Part shown: positions 1 to 14,600 of the stretch, in pieces | Layout: each line of letters opens with the position of its first letter | Numbering within the stretch: position 1 is the first letter of the stretch | Assembly: GCF_964204645.1 (NCBI RefSeq) | Contig: NC_134026.1 | Coordinates: 1,325,950 to 1,389,949 of the forward strand | Length of the DNA: 64,000 nt | Reading direction: 5' to 3' | DNA from: Tubulanus polymorphus | Lineage: Eukaryota > Animalia > Nemertea | Notes under the pieces: model-generated | Told to the model about the DNA's origin: nothing | The model's input: the letters and a program-made list of their open reading frames with translations, nothing else | The model's database searches: none | Program-made: the position numbers and the translations under genes

Positions 1-23
1 ACCTTTATTAACGCAATACACCG

Positions 24-63
24 ATTGGCTCAGCGCGTACCACGTGACCCCTGATGTTTCAAA
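24..63 (+). promoter_or_regulatory. Candidate CDC14 promoter elements (inverted CCAAT, CACGTG E-box, reverse CHR-like TTCAAA)
   Basis: ATTGG at 24-28, CACGTGAC at 41-48 and TTCAAA at 58-63, about 400 nt upstream of the ATG. CCAAT plus CHR is typical of G2/M gene promoters, but the motifs are short and the start site is unknown. Confidence 0.3.
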
Positions 64-471
64 CATGGATGACATTTCGAGTGATAGAGCTAGGTTCATT
101 AGCTCTTCGGATTAATCGCTATTTCTGCCCGACCATCGACACTACGAGGAATTAAAGCGCGTTGATAGCTGCAATATCATGCCAGGAATCGTGCTGAACT
201 ATCGCATCTCAACCATTACTCCCGAATCGTGTGGAAAATAGGATATAAACGCTGTATGGAACGTATTTGACATTTCCGGGTTCCCTCACTTCACTGTTTT
301 GCGTATTTCGACCATCATTGATTTGTTATTGTTGTTGACTAGATCGTCTTCTATTGTGATCTATCCCTCGACCTCTGTAGCTAGGATAACTGTGGTCTCA
401 ATTATCTAACGGTACATTATTTAAACGGCTCTCCACCAATCCATATGTGGAGAACATCACCTTCTTCAATA

Positions 472-3400
472 ATGGCTGATGATAATGACATTATTGGCAG
501 TGCTTCAGAATTCATAAAAGGTAAGTAAAGTAAAGCCCTGCATGAAAAATCGTAAAGTGTTTTATCAATGGAGGTAGCAGATATTTTATTTATGTAGTCT
601 GCATTATCAGATTTGTTAATGACAACTTTTACCGGTTAGTCCTAGGGTAATAGACACCTTGGTTGTCGTTCAGTGTCAAAATAGAATTTCAGAATCTGAT
701 GATGTCGATGTCTTTTTCAGATCGTCTTTACTTTGCAACCCTTCGAACAAAACCACGATCAACTGCACATACGCATTATTTCTGCGTAGATGATGAACTA
801 GTCTATGAAAAGTAGGTGACCTAACCCACGCCCCATAGGCCTAGCGGCTCCCCGGACCCTAAGTCGTATTTGCAGTAAATAGGCCTATACCAAGGTTATA
901 AAATCATTTCCCTTTTTTGCAGTTTCTATGCAGACTTTGGACCTTTGAATCTGGCTCAATTGTACAGATATTGCTGTAAATTAAATAAAAAGTTAAAGGT
1001 AAGAAATTCTTAATTAGGCCTGTGCTACATGATTCAAATATAATATATCAATTGACCACCATATTCCCTGCTTCCTTTTATTTCGTAGTAGGCTTCAAAT
1101 TAGATAGCTTTAATTTATCTGCATTTTACCAGTATTCATTTGAGCTATCAAAAATTGTAAGATAAATCTATCTTCAGAGAACTGCGCTTGATAAATATTG
1201 TTTGAACAAATAAAACTACATTTTTAAGTAATTTTTTGTTTTGAAGAATAAAAGAGTAAGTAGATAATATTGTACCGATCACAATGACAGACTCTCGGCG
1301 TTGTCTTTATGTTCGACCACTCACAAATATTGGACAGACAAAGTTTGGGACCTGTTTTTATTTGTATTTGAATTAAAATTCAGTGTCTGTATTATAATAG
1401 CATTTAGCCTGATTATTCAATTCATATAACCTACATTCTTTATTTCCGAAATTTCTAGTTTAATGTACTTAGATAATCCAGCAATTAGCCCGAGCTAATA
1501 AATCATTTTATCAGGGTAAACTGGTGAATTCTTCATACGGTTTTAAATTATCGATAATGGTTGTACAGGATATATAACATAAGATACCTACTGGTCTAAC
1601 CTTTGAAATATCTATATGTAAAGATTTCTGGAAACTTTACAGGCATCAGATGAATGCTGCGAGCAGCTACCTATTGGTGCTCGCCTGGCTAATCAGTGGA
1701 GCGGTATTTATTTTGAGGATGTGAGTGGATATGTATCGAGCATGATCCCATATTGACTGATAGAAAAACTGTTTACGTATTTAACAGCTAGCCGTAATAC
1801 GGACTGACGTATTCTTAGAGAAAAATAAACTCGCATCTAAACCGGAATCTAGATGACGATATTTAGCTCTATAGGTCTATCAACGTATTCATTCGTATCT
1901 GGTCTCTTTCATACAGGAATGCTTTCACTTTCAATTTTCATATATACAAGAATCACAAATCCTCAGATTTACTCTCCATTTTAATATATAAGGGAAAGGA
2001 TTGCACAATTTGCATGTTAGAACTTTTGAAAAATTGTTGGCTGATATGGCAGCCCTCTTGAATCTGTTTAATTACTACCCGGCAGATTGAATGTTTGTAT
2101 ATTAACTGCACATAAACTCGATAGAGATATCACAAAGTTTTATCGACTATTAGAAAGAGATGATAATTTTATGCATGGCTTGTCGAGTCAATAGTCACTT
2201 AATGTTTAAATTTACGCTTATGAACCTTGCTTCTAACTATAAACGTTTTTCGCGATCGTTATGAAATGATCGATGTATTTTGAGAAATCGATATTTAATA
2301 ATCATCTTTCTTCATTTTGCAGTCATTTTCGTTAGCGAAGAAGAAAATTGTCCATTACACGAGTTACGACGCGCGGAAACGAGCGAACGCGGCATTTCTC
2401 ATCGCGTCGTACGCTGTAAGTAATAAAACCACTGAATTCTTATTACATAAATCATTTTTTATCAGCAGGAAAAGAACCCGATTGTCGGCTATTTTTCTTG
2501 GTAGAAAATATAATGCGGATAGTGGTTGATAGACACTGTGTGGCCATTGACTCGGAAAACTTGACCACGCGAATCTGAAAAAAAATTGGGCAATTCGGGA
2601 AGATTTTAGTTATACCTGTAAAACTCTGGGAATCCAAATATGCTATTGACCACGTCTTATAATACGTGATTCATGAAGAATTAAGTAACATTCGAAACCA
2701 CAAAATTTCTCCATTCACCTGCCACGTATAAAAACATGGAAATCTCGGGGAATTTGTCTAAAGGGGTCACGCTAGAACAGTAAACCACTGATTCTGTACT
2801 GGATAAATCATGTAACGTTTGCTGTTAAAGTTGATTTCTTTTTAATCTCTCATCTGGACAAGTTATATCTTGTCTAGATTCCATCTTCCTGTTGAAAACG
2901 CTACTTACTCTGCTTAGCTCATACAAACTCGGCCTGTGATAACTGTCTAAGTTATTTTCGTAGTGTTTATCAACCTCAATGATTTTTCTGGCAAGCTTAC
3001 AACTTGTAACTCGCAACCTATAATACATCCCAATTAGCTACAGTCATAGACAACAAAAAAAAACAATTATTTGATATCGAGCCAAAAAGTGGGTCTTTTT
3101 TTTTCAAGTGTACACGATGTAGTGATGTATGAATTTTATTCTCTATTTTTAGATAATCTTTCTGAAAAAGACTCCCGAAGAAGCTTACAGGCCTCTAGTC
3201 GCTGGTAATAACCCCGCGTTTTTACCATTTCGGTGAGTGTATATATCGTACGGTATATATCGTATATAAGCCACCAGCCTGGTTGCGGTACGGGGGTAAA
3301 ATCTTTTGTGTAAACCACCCGAGTACTGCGTGTATGTATAATTATTAGTCGTTCGCAAATACGCGTTTAGACTGAAACGTCTTGTGTGTGTCGTGTCCGT

Positions 3401-6400
3401 TGTGCGATTTTCAATAGCCAAATATGATAGGAATACACAAAGTTTAGAACGTTTTCATGTGTATTACTGACTGAATGCGGTGATCATAAATAGCTATGAG
3501 AATGTAAACGACATGACTGAATACCTTACTAGACAATTTTGCGGAACTCGATATATATATATATATATATATGATGACGTTCATTTTGAATTTATGGCAG
3601 AATTCCAATTCTGTCTACGAAATCAATGATGATAGACTTGAACACTTGACTGATAAATCTGTTCGTCTGGTTCTTTTAAGAATCAAAAAAAATTCTTCAT
3701 TCATCCTTTTAGAAAATTTAGTATTTTTAGTAGATCTCAATTTCACTATCATAGGTGAACATGCCTTATGATAGGTTGTTCAGGGGGGATGTGAACTTTG
3801 TGGTTTATATCTTTTTGTAAAATGATTTTCTGAGCCAAATGGCTGCTGCTATCACTCTCAGCTGATCACAAAACTCTTAAAATCTTTCTTTATTTCAAAT
3901 ATTTTCTAGGGAAGAGACCCAGATACCCTTTAGCGACTTCTGACTCACTGTGTAGAGTATTTCCACAAAAAATAAAAGACCTGTAGAATTAAGAAATATC
4001 AGCAAACTTTGAATTCTGCCTGAAATGTTATTTCTCAATATTGTGGATTTTTCATATTCACGTTATAAACTGCGATTAGTCTAAATCAATCGCTTCCGCA
4101 CAAATCCAAACCCCTTTCAAAAATTAGGGGCAAGGCCTATGATTACTGTACTGACCCCCCCCCCCCGCTCGTTGGTTAGGCTCGTTACTGAAGAATTGAT
4201 CATCATTAAGATTGATTCTCGTTACAGTAACGATGTAGTTTGACCTTGGTTAACCTTGATTACGAGTTAACCGGTGGCTCTGCTGCTGCGTTCCAGTCGT
4301 GTATATTATATCCGATTATCTTTAAGAGATAAATAAGGAACATCAATCAATAAAGCATCGAGCATCTCTCTCTCTCTCGGTATTCTACAGTAGATTATGA
4401 CGGCAGCATTGATCTGTCAACTGCACATGTCGGTCTAATGTCAGTCTACGATGTCTAATCATGAACTCACCCTCGCGCTGTCCGGGGTTTAATGGGTTAA
4501 TACACTACTGCTTTTAACTATTCCCGAAAGGATTGATATATTTTCAGCGCCAGTTTTACCAAACCATTATCACTAATTGTCAAGTGCTGTGCGCAGCTTT
4601 TAGAAAGCACTGTACTTGTGTTACATGCGTTTGGGCGACAATGAATGAATAGTGAAGTGAATCTCTTGATTTCTGTTTTCGATGAAATATAAATGATGTA
4701 TTTCGTTATTTTTCAGAGATGCTTCTTTCGGTCCCTGTACATATAATCTCACGTTATTAGATTCATTACACGGTTTAAACAAGGTAAAATTTAAAAGAAA
4801 AAACCGTCGCTAGTATTTTAATGGAATTCATGAGGACGATATTTCTGAGATTGATTGATTTCTTTCCGTTTTGTTTCCAGGCATTGGTGAATAATTTCTT
4901 TAATTTCGACACATTCGATGTTGATGAATATGAACACTATGAGGTATGTTAAGTTATTGAGCAAAATCTGCAGTCGTTGTTTTAACAATAAATTCGAACG
5001 GTTTCGACTAAACTACATCATCAGAGAGACAGAAAATTAGAAAAAAAGAATCACAAAAAATAACCCTGAAATACTGGGATCATGAACTCGAGAGTCCATG
5101 CTGGGATTTAGATCCGTCTACCAGTCAATGATTTCAAACAGGTGCAAAATTAAAATACTAACACAAATCATGGATCATTTAACTATATGCTTAAATGAGT
5201 GGGTATTTAATGGTTTTGAACTTTTGAACCCTTTCGAAACTTTTGAAAAATCACTTTCAATGTATTCACGAATTGTAGTGTATGTATTCCCTATTGTATA
5301 TGTGTGTATACTGCTATGTAATATTTCGATGAAATATTCGAGAAGCAGGTGGCCTCATATTATTTTAAACTCCGATAATTCTTCTAAACCAATAAGCCGA
5401 TTTATATGTCCCGATATATACTGGTGGATTCCAGAACACCAGACGCTTTCGTCTAAGTATATAGGGTATACACTTATTTGGAGAGGGATTAAAGATTGAG
5501 TTGATGCCATTTTTCCATTTACTGGTACATATATGCCTGGAATTTGGTGTGGGGGTTGAACATCAGTTCAAATTTAGCCTGCATGTTTTATGAACAGTCC
5601 CTCATGCCCAGCTATAGGCCTACAATATTTTTAATAAGATTTGATTATGAATATTGTTTTTGATTTAAGCGAGTGGAGAATGGAGACCTCAACTGGATTA
5701 TGCCCGACAAATTTCTGGCATTCAGCGGCCCGCATTCAAAAACTAAACTCGAAAATGGTTTGTATTCAATTTCATAACTACCTTCGACGTATAATGTCAT
5801 TCATTTAGTGATAAATGTTGTATTGTGGATTCATTAGTGCTTATGAATAATGAATTCAGTGTTCCAATTAATTTTACCAATTATCGCTTTCAAGATCATA
5901 AATTCGACTACCAGTTTACCCAGGTTCGAGTTGAATTTTTAAAACACAATTTTTGTTAGTTCAATTTTTCATTAGTCGAATATTTTAAACGTTGAGTTGA
6001 ATATTTAATTCGTTCGACTCGGAGTCAAATTTCACGCGGGAAAACGTGGATGCAATCATTTAACCTATAGCATGTTTCCTCATTTTTAGGTTACCCACTC
6101 CATGCGCCGGAAGCGTATTTTCCGTATTTTCGCAGACAAAACGTGACAACGATTATTCGACTGAACAAAAAGATTTACGACGCTAAGCGTTTTACCGATG
6201 CTGGTTTCAATCATGTAGATATGTTTTTCATTGATGGTAGTGTGCCGAGTGACACGATCGTCCGGCAGTTTATTGAGATATGTGAAAAATCTAAAGGTGC
6301 TATTGCTGTACATTGTAAAGGTAATATTTCATTTCATTTTCGCTACCTCAGTTTCTGAAGTTGGTTTTTAAGATATCCACTGTAGATATACCATACTTGG

Positions 6401-9400
6401 CTTATTTATCAGAGTTCTTACGGATGGGGAGAAATTATCATAAAAATGGAAGTTAAAGGCATCTAAAAGACCGCCTCTTGGAGGTGCCAGAGTTTCATGG
6501 TTGATGATTCTTCTCTTGTCTCTCTTCTCCAATCAGAAAAAAGAAACAATGTCTAATGCCCTGAGAGTTTGATAGCTTGAAAATAATGCCTGATGATTTT
6601 CTTTGAAACTCTTTGAACTTGTAGATTCAAATGATGGGAATGAATTATTATGTAAACTAGCCGGTTTAAGTCGAAGTCAAATTAATGCCGCAGTTATATA
6701 GATTGAATGTAAAATCCTCACAGGAATCTTCTCTCGTCTATATCAGTTCCAGCGTTTATGTTTAGATGGCAGCACTGTATGTATATTATTGGTTGTATAT
6801 TTTCAGCTGGTTTAGGAAGGACGGGTACTCTTATCGGATGTTATATAATGAAACACTACAAGTTTACCGCAGCCGAAGTTATTGCGTGGCTCCGGATTTG
6901 TAGACCCGGATCTATCATCGGGCCGCAACAGAATTTCCTACAAGAGTAAGTTCAAAATACTTCACTCTAAACTTTATACTCGCTAGGCCGAGTTGCACAG
7001 TCATGGCTTTAGTCAAAAAAGGCTCTCAAATCTTAAGACCGGTCTGAAGTTGTTAGTTGGCTATAGATAGCCAAAGATAGAACTAAGATGGCTTAAGACT
7101 GGTCTTAAATCTAGGCCATGACTGCGAACCTGGATCCTGGGGGCCAGTTGCACAGTCATGGCTTAAGTCCGAAAATGGTCTTAAATCTTAAGACTGGTCT
7201 TAAGTCTTTAGATTGGCTATAGAACTAAGTTGGTCGTAGACTGGTCTTAAGTGCAAGCCGTGACTATGCAACCGGCCCCTGGTGTTTTGTCTGCTATTTC
7301 CTACTTGAAGAACGTTTTCATCGGTTGTATTAACAGGAAACAGTCGTGGTGTTGGACACAGGGCGAACTGTACCGAGCAAAAAGTAAGGATCGTAAAGAC
7401 AAAGGTGTGACGAAGATTCTGAGTGGAGTCGACGACATGAGAATACAAGATTCTCTAGACAGCGATCATTATTCTAAAAATGACAGATATATTGAAGATG
7501 ATGTAAGTAGTAATTCTGAAGCCAGTTCCTCCAAGGTTCTGGGTTAAAACGAGGTACTGATATTGCTGTACCGGCTCCTACAGCTTCGCGAGTTATTAAA
7601 AACTCGATTATTGCGCTTCAATTTCAACAGTTAAATGCAGTGGAAAATAAAATAAACTTTTCTAATTAGTAAATTTCAAGAAAATCTATACAAATCTATA
7701 CGAATTTTATTGGATGTCTTGTCTGATGATATTTGGATTTGAAAGCTTAAAAAACCAGAATTTCATTTTCACTACAAACGCACTGTATTGTGGTGCCATC
7801 TGGTGTGTGTTGCCAGTACCCCATCTGACCGAAAAAATTAAATTTCCTAAATCAAGAACTGGATCCTCGAAATCTCTTTTGAGCAACGTAAAATGATGCA
7901 GATTTATCTAATTGATCTATAATGTGTCTATTTGTTTTTGTTAGTATACCGGACCTACGACTAGAAGTGCCAGTATCATGACTCAGGGTGATAAACTGAA
8001 CCAGATTAAAGTACAGCGTAAACACACGCGTTCCGCTACTTCTGGGACTTTATCGTAAGTTTAATCGAAAACGTGAAAATAAGAAAGTTTTTTTAATTCA
8101 TGTGGAGAAAAGTGTAGTTGATATTTCCCCTTTGATGCAGTTTGTTCCAGTTATACATTGGCATTGATTTGATCAGTCAAAATCATAAATGTTCGAGGCA
8201 TTTTCATGGATATTTTTGCTGTCTGCCGCGATTGAGACATCACCTACCAGTAGTTTGGGTCATATTTCTTGTACTGTAAACAGCTTGTCCATCAGTTTTG
8301 TGAACATTTCTTTTCTTAGCTGCTGCGTGCATTCAATAAAGTCTTGTTCTATTCATGAAATACGCATTCATCGACGGAGGGGCAGAAAATTGGCCACTTC
8401 TGCCAATTACATTGGTAGAGGTTAAAAATCAGTAGAGTCTGGAAAATTTGTTGAGATTGAGATAAAATCAAACAGTTGCCACCTATTTGACTGTGTTTAT
8501 TGATTGGATTCTTAGCAGATCAAGTCAAGGAAAACAATGCGCATGTCAGGGGAAAAGCAAGTCAAATGAACGTGGTCACTCGGTCATGTTTCAATATCGA
8601 TTTTATTTCTTCATTTTAGGAAACGTCTGGAAGATTCAAAGTCTCATCGACGGTCGACTGCTACCGGATTACGCGTGACCGTCAGTAAAAGTGCTCAAGG
8701 CGTCATGTCGCCGGTGAAAGTGCCGAAAACGACGAGTCATTCGAGCGGTGCGCACAACACTACATCATCATCATCGTCGTCGTCTAAACGAACTACGCGT
8801 CATTCTTCCGGTTCATCAAGCTCTATTAAAGGGTACGTTGATAAGTTCCTCGCATCGCTATTTTTAACACGCGATTGATGATTAATCAGGGTTTATTCGC
8901 GGAAATTTTCGCAAACAATCTTGGATTTCCAACCGGGTTATGATTTAAACGGGGATTAATTGAATTATCTCTTCCATTGCGGTTGATAATTGAATGATCG
9001 TTAATACAATGACTCATCTGTTTTGTATGCCATTCATACCGCGAAAAGTCCCACTCATTGTAAAAAAACCTTTTTGTTCCTGAATTCGACCATCGAAATC
9101 CAGACATAAACTTTCAGCTATTCTTTTGTGCGAAATCCGGGGGTTTGTTTGCAAAATATAAAAAAGATATTTACTTTTTATGATATAGAACATATAAAAC
9201 ATACATGTTTGCACTAGTAGTGGTTTTGAGAAATACTAGGAGTATTTTTGCTTCCTTCCTCGCAACTCGTTCGACTCCCATGTATTTCTCGGAATAAATC
9301 TACCAGTTCATGAATGAATCGTACAGAACGAATTTCGGCAATAATTTCTTATTTTTGAATTGCCATTTTTCTAACGCCAGTGTTCTCCACAACAGGTCTT

Positions 9401-11612
9401 AGAGAGGCGGCTCATCTTTATATCCAACCCTCTGAAAATCAGCCACCCCTTATATAATATCCGCTGCCCCTACCAGAGTAGATTCCAATATTCTATCGAT
9501 GCTAATAGTTGCTTTGAATTATATTGAGCTAATGTGACAAATAGAAGATTACATCAAATTTTAGCTTAATTTTCTTTTTTGGGTGGATTGAAAGCCTCGC
9601 AACTTCAGCAGCCACGGCCTACTTTACAATGAACTTGTGATCAATGCAGCCCTTTAAAGTTCTAGCATATGGAGAACGCTGATAGCTTTTCATTTATTTT
9701 TTGGCTTCTATGCATGAAATTTCTAATATTTGTTTACGTTTTTCGACTAACTTGATTATGTATGAGATTTGTTTCAGCATGGCTCTCGCTTGTTGCTGCC
9801 CTAGTTTGCTATTCATAACAGAAAATCGCAGTTTTATTTCTCTTTACTCGGAGGAAAAACCGACAACAAAAATTTTTAACAATATTTTCCATTGTGATCT
9901 TGATGCAGGTTATTTTCGCAGAGGGCTCTAGGAAATTTGCAGAAGGCAAGGTTAGCAGCATCATTTCAACTTTCGCAAAATATTATTGATATTCAATGTA
10001 TCGGTGGCATTGTAGGCTAATCTAACAATAATCTGGAAAAACGCCTCGTCATTCAAAATCTAACGAATTAAAAAATCTACTTTTTTCAGCACTGTAAGCT
10101 AACACAATAATCAGTGAAAATCTCTCAATTTGTTGCACATTCTTACAATTTCAATATCTTTGCTTAATTAAATATGCTCTTCCTAGAAAAAAAAATAATA
10201 GCCCATTTCGGTCTATTTTTAGTTCTAATGAATTAAACTAAAAGATTTTATTCAAAATGATTTACAAACTAACAAACACATTATGATAACGTCCTATATA
10301 TTTTCATTGTATTTTTTCCAAGCCTTTTTAAACCAGGAAATGAACGTTTTTTCAATGTGAATTTTCGTCCTGCGTTTTCATCTAAACCCAATAAGCACAT
10401 TTTCGTGTGACATTTTTTAACACTTTTCATAACGTGACAAAAGAATGTGAATTCTACATAGGCCTAACGCTAGAATATCCGAAAATGAAAAAAATCTTGA
10501 AAAATACTCAGAGAATACTGATTGATTTTCTGCTGACATGTTTCGGGCCTGCTGTGGCCTAGCTTATGATTTAAGAAATTTGATTTATTTCTACAACAGC
10601 TAACTTTGTTTTGTTAATCATGTTGATTAATTATAATTTACTTTTTGATGAACCGTTACGACGTGTGAGAGGAAACTGTTATTCTTGATTAACGAACTGT
10701 TTGTTTGTTGTACCTGGGTTCATACTACTCGTTGATTCCTTGAAAAACTCCACTAATTTGAAGAATTCAAACGTCGAATATGACTCTAACTTAGAGAAAT
10801 AACTCTAGAAACTCTGTAAAACTCCTTTGATTTTGGAAAAGTCTGAAGAGATATGAAGATGGTTCTCGGCCCAATCAGGAAAGTACGGTACCCATGAGCT
10901 GTGATCGCCACCAGTGTTTGTTCCGGGCCACATTTGATGCCCTAGCCCTGGCCAAACTGGTAACACGCGAATTTGTGCCTGTTTAACGCGGGCCAAATTT
11001 AGCACAGACTTATCTCCACATCCATAAAAGTTGTGCATTTTCCCGAAATATTTACGAATACTGGATTGAATATATACACGATGTTTAACTCTTTGAATTT
11101 CGATTATTTTCAACTTGAAAACTCCTGAAATTCTGGAATGACATACGAATAGTATGAACCCTGTGTATGTTCTCTATATTCATCGAATGCATGCTCACCG
11201 AAATGTCTTCTGTCTTTATAATCCTGCAGCTCAATGCTAAACTTGACGACAAATGATTACATTGATTACAAAACGCGGGAGTATTTACGCGATCCGTATT
11301 ATACTCGATCGACGGATATATATAGGTCGGGAGAATACTCGAAGACTCTGCCGCAGAAATATTCCAAATACACTCTAGATTACGATCCAGTAAGTGGTTA
11401 ATAATGATAATATCGAATTGTGTCTCGCTACTCTCAAAAAACTTGTCTTCTCCCCGCAATCTTTAGGTCTCTCTCTCTCTGTGTCTTTGTTTTAGAAGCC
11501 GAAAGATTTCATTCCCGGAAAGTTGCATCATCTCGTAATTGAACGAAACCCTTTCACTGAAAAATACAGCAGTTCGTTGGACACCTCGACTCTACAGCGA
11601 TCGCGTTTTTGA
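472..11612 (+). CDS. CDC14: Dual-specificity protein phosphatase CDC14 (multi-exon)
   Basis: GT-AG exons with compatible phases: 472-520, 721-811, 923-998, 2323-2415, 3153-3232, 4717-4783, 4881-4943, 5670-5757, 6090-6320, 6807-6945, 7337-7502, 7945-8054, 8620-8832, and probably 11230-11389 and 11496-11612. The translation contains [32 protein letters not shown], the catalytic HCKAGLGRTG (split across an intron), [10 protein letters not shown] and TQGDKL, all typical of CDC14A/B. The last two exons are less certain; read-through of the 8833 donor stops at 8878. Confidence 0.95.
6985..7279. mobile_element. Two tandem copies of a ~140-150 bp MITE (PIF/Harbinger-like termini) in a CDC14 intron
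   Basis: Copy 2 (7140-7279) begins GGGGCCAGTTGCACAGTCATGGCTT and ends AAGCCGTGACTATGCAACCGGCCCC, a 25-bp inverted repeat with 3 mismatches, with CTG/TGG at both flanks. Copy 1 (~6985-7137) shares AGTTGCACAGTCATGGCTT, CTTAAGAC(C/T)GGTCT and ATAGAACTAAG. Confidence 0.75.
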
Positions 11613-14600
11613 TTTTGTGATTCGATTTATCGATTCGATGATGCAACTTTTTTTATGTTTCCCGGTGATTTATTTCACGATGTTGAAAGTTCCCGTTGTT
11701 GTATTTTTACCCCTGAGACGATGTGTTCTAATCATAAACGTATTTTTCCGATTCCGATTGAGGTTTTTCTTTTTTGCTTCCAAAGATTCGCGTTTATTCG
11801 ATGTGCGAAGAATCCACTGAAAAAAAACTGAATGTATTGATGTTTGAATGCAGTTGCTGGGCTTGATGAACCATGCTGTTCTTGATTGTTGCATGTTTTT
11901 CAAAAGTTTTTGAAATTATAGTTTTGTTTTTATGAATTTACCCCGATGCATGCGTCATTTATTGAATTTTCATAAATTTTCTCTCGAAAATCGTTTTATC
12001 GCGAGTCCATCGATGACTTCGAAATAGCCATTATTTGACTAGCATCTTTTTCTCTTGTTTTACATACAACAGCCGGTCTTCAAGCCCAACGCTGAAGATT
12101 ACAATCACTTTCTAATACGTAGTAAAGTGCAGGTATGCGTTTAGCTGCTGATCGACGCAACATATCTATATATCTGTATATATATATATATCATGATAAA
12201 CTCTGTATAGTACTTATCGCACAATCTGCTTAGTTGCTGAAAATTTTTCGATTTCAAATCGAATTTGATATTGCGGTTGAATCATGATTCTGATTGCTCA
12301 TCTTGCACGTCATACAGAGTTCAGACATCATCAGATGACACAAATACTCGCATTTATGATTAGTTTCCGAGTATGATAAATCATCATCAATACTTGGTAC
12401 ATCTATTGTTAATTGTAGTTGGCTTTTGCTCGATACTAATTCATCATTCAAGCAGCTTTATGTATTATCATTGATTATAATTGTTGATTTCTTTCTTGTC
12501 CGATGTCTTGCGTCAAATGTGACCCTGATTTTCTTGTCTACTCTACGAATCTTCAATCATTTGTATCGAATTTGTTCGTGTTTTTCAGCTTTATTTCGTT
12601 GTTGCGCCTTCATCATTTTTTTTTCCTCTACCAAAAAGTGATTCGTCAAAAAAAAATTAATACATAATGAATACTTTCATTTTCATTGCATTTCAGATAA
12701 TTTTTCACGTTTCATATTTTAAGTAGCTAGCGCTTTGATTTCAGAAACCTTTCATGCCAACCCCAATGATTTTAGTTGTTTAGTTTTAGTCCATTAATTT
12801 CGCCTGTTAACGCTGTCATAAAGAAGTGGAATTTGAAATTTTCAATGTCAATAATCGATTTCCAGATATCAAAATCGAAGAATTTTTTTGAAACCAAATC
12901 AGTAGCATTTCTGAAATCGATCTTGCTTCATTTTGATAGAAAATGAAATCGATTCAAATAAATGTTAGTTCCTTAGCTAATTTGATTAGCACATGTTACG
13001 AGTAAAATGAAAACCCAGCCTTGAAATGCCGGTGATAATAAATGAACGATCCCTATTTTAGAAACAAAATGCCGCGTTATTATCGATGAAATTTATACAC
13101 TATTTCTCTTCATACATTAATTGACGAAGTGAACGCAAAATCCAACGATTGAAAACTAAAAATTCAAAATTTAGATAGTAAATTTAGTTTTCAGTTTCCA
13201 ATCACTAGATTTTGCTGTAATGAATTTGTTGAATGATACGTTTGAAGAACTGTAACTGATGTTTTGAATAATTTATATTTTGTAGCCGTTCCGCTCATCA
13301 CTCTCGTTCTACTAGAGCAGTCGTAATCAGATGAGAGAAAGGAGGAAACAAAGGAAATAAACCGTCGTTGCCTTGTGTATAAATATTTGTAGCCGTTTTT
13401 GTGAGATCTCAACTCGGATGGTTTTTCGTTTTTCGTCGGAAATCTGAAAATCGTGTAAATTTGATCAGTTAGCGATCGGCAGCTTTGAGACAATATACAT
13501 GTAATACAAACAAACAATGCTTCAGAAGAATTCTTGGGAAAATATTTTCATTTTTAATCATATTTTCCAACGCAATTGAATTTTCCTTTACCCGATTTCG
13601 ATGAAATTCTCGCGCATATAACGAAAAAAAACTTTTAAAATCGAAAATGTTTTTAACGATCGACGAGTTTGTTGTAATTCGTCTTTTTCTAAAATGGGAA
13701 ATGAACATTTATTGGGATTTTTTCGATGAATGTTTTAACGCTACGGCTTTGTTGTTAATATTTAGCGTTTTTATCACTTGTTAATTACCTCTTTTGCAGT
13801 GAATCAATGAGGTATTTTTAGACTAAGGTTTCCCAATTTTACCTGTTCACCGATCTTTTGTTGACCTATATTGCGGGTATAGGTATGAAAACAGTCAGTG
13901 CTAAAATACCCCGCGACGATTATCTTCTTCTATTTGAAAAGTGTTATGCGGGCGTAAATACTAAAAGATAGGTTCATGACTCCGTGATTTTTGCGGAGGT
14001 GACAGACGCTCCCAGAATGGAAATCGTCGAATTCATGTTATGTGCTTTGAGATAAAAATCTTTCTAACAAAAAAGAATATTTCCATTCTAGATTCATATA
14101 GTTATCGGTATAATCGCACGCTGTCTGTTTATTCATGTCTCGCGGTGTAAGGTTATTCAAAATTGATTTGTTTTTTATCTTTTTAAGATCCATTCGAACG
14201 TAGATTTTTAAAGAATCCGCGTTATGAAATTGGCGTTTTATCTCGGTTTCTGTTATGTATTTTATTCTACGTGGAGTGGGCGCGAGCTTACCACTAAACT
14301 TATGAATGAACTGTCGTGATGTCGAGCTATATAATAATAGTATTGCGTCGTATGGAGATCAAGGGTTTTTCCAGCTCTGCTCAATTCAATAAGCAATATT
14401 TACCTGTAGCTTTCGTGGTCCGTCCTTACCCTTTGTGCAATAGATATATAGGTGTTTCAATTGTCTACACCAGTACTACATTACTGAAAGTTGTGGTAAT
14501 TTGCCTAAAATATACTTTGTCGTAATCGCTTAAGAACGGCAGTATTCTAAATTGGGTGGAAAGTTTTTGTTACATGTGTTTGTCTATTGAAAACCAAATC

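Noticed and set aside
65-115. Short ATG-initiated frame (MDDISSDRARFISSSD) upstream of CDC14
   Set aside because: The transcription start is unknown and a 16-codon frame is expected by chance.
2416-2815. ~30-bp imperfect direct repeat (AAACCACTGA...ATAAATCAT) at ~2427 and ~2782
   Set aside because: Looks like a small local intronic duplication; no element structure is supportable.
10860-11030. GC-richer patch with several GGCC motifs; ORF 10805-11113
   Set aside because: No recognisable protein motif or termini; at most a decayed repeat.
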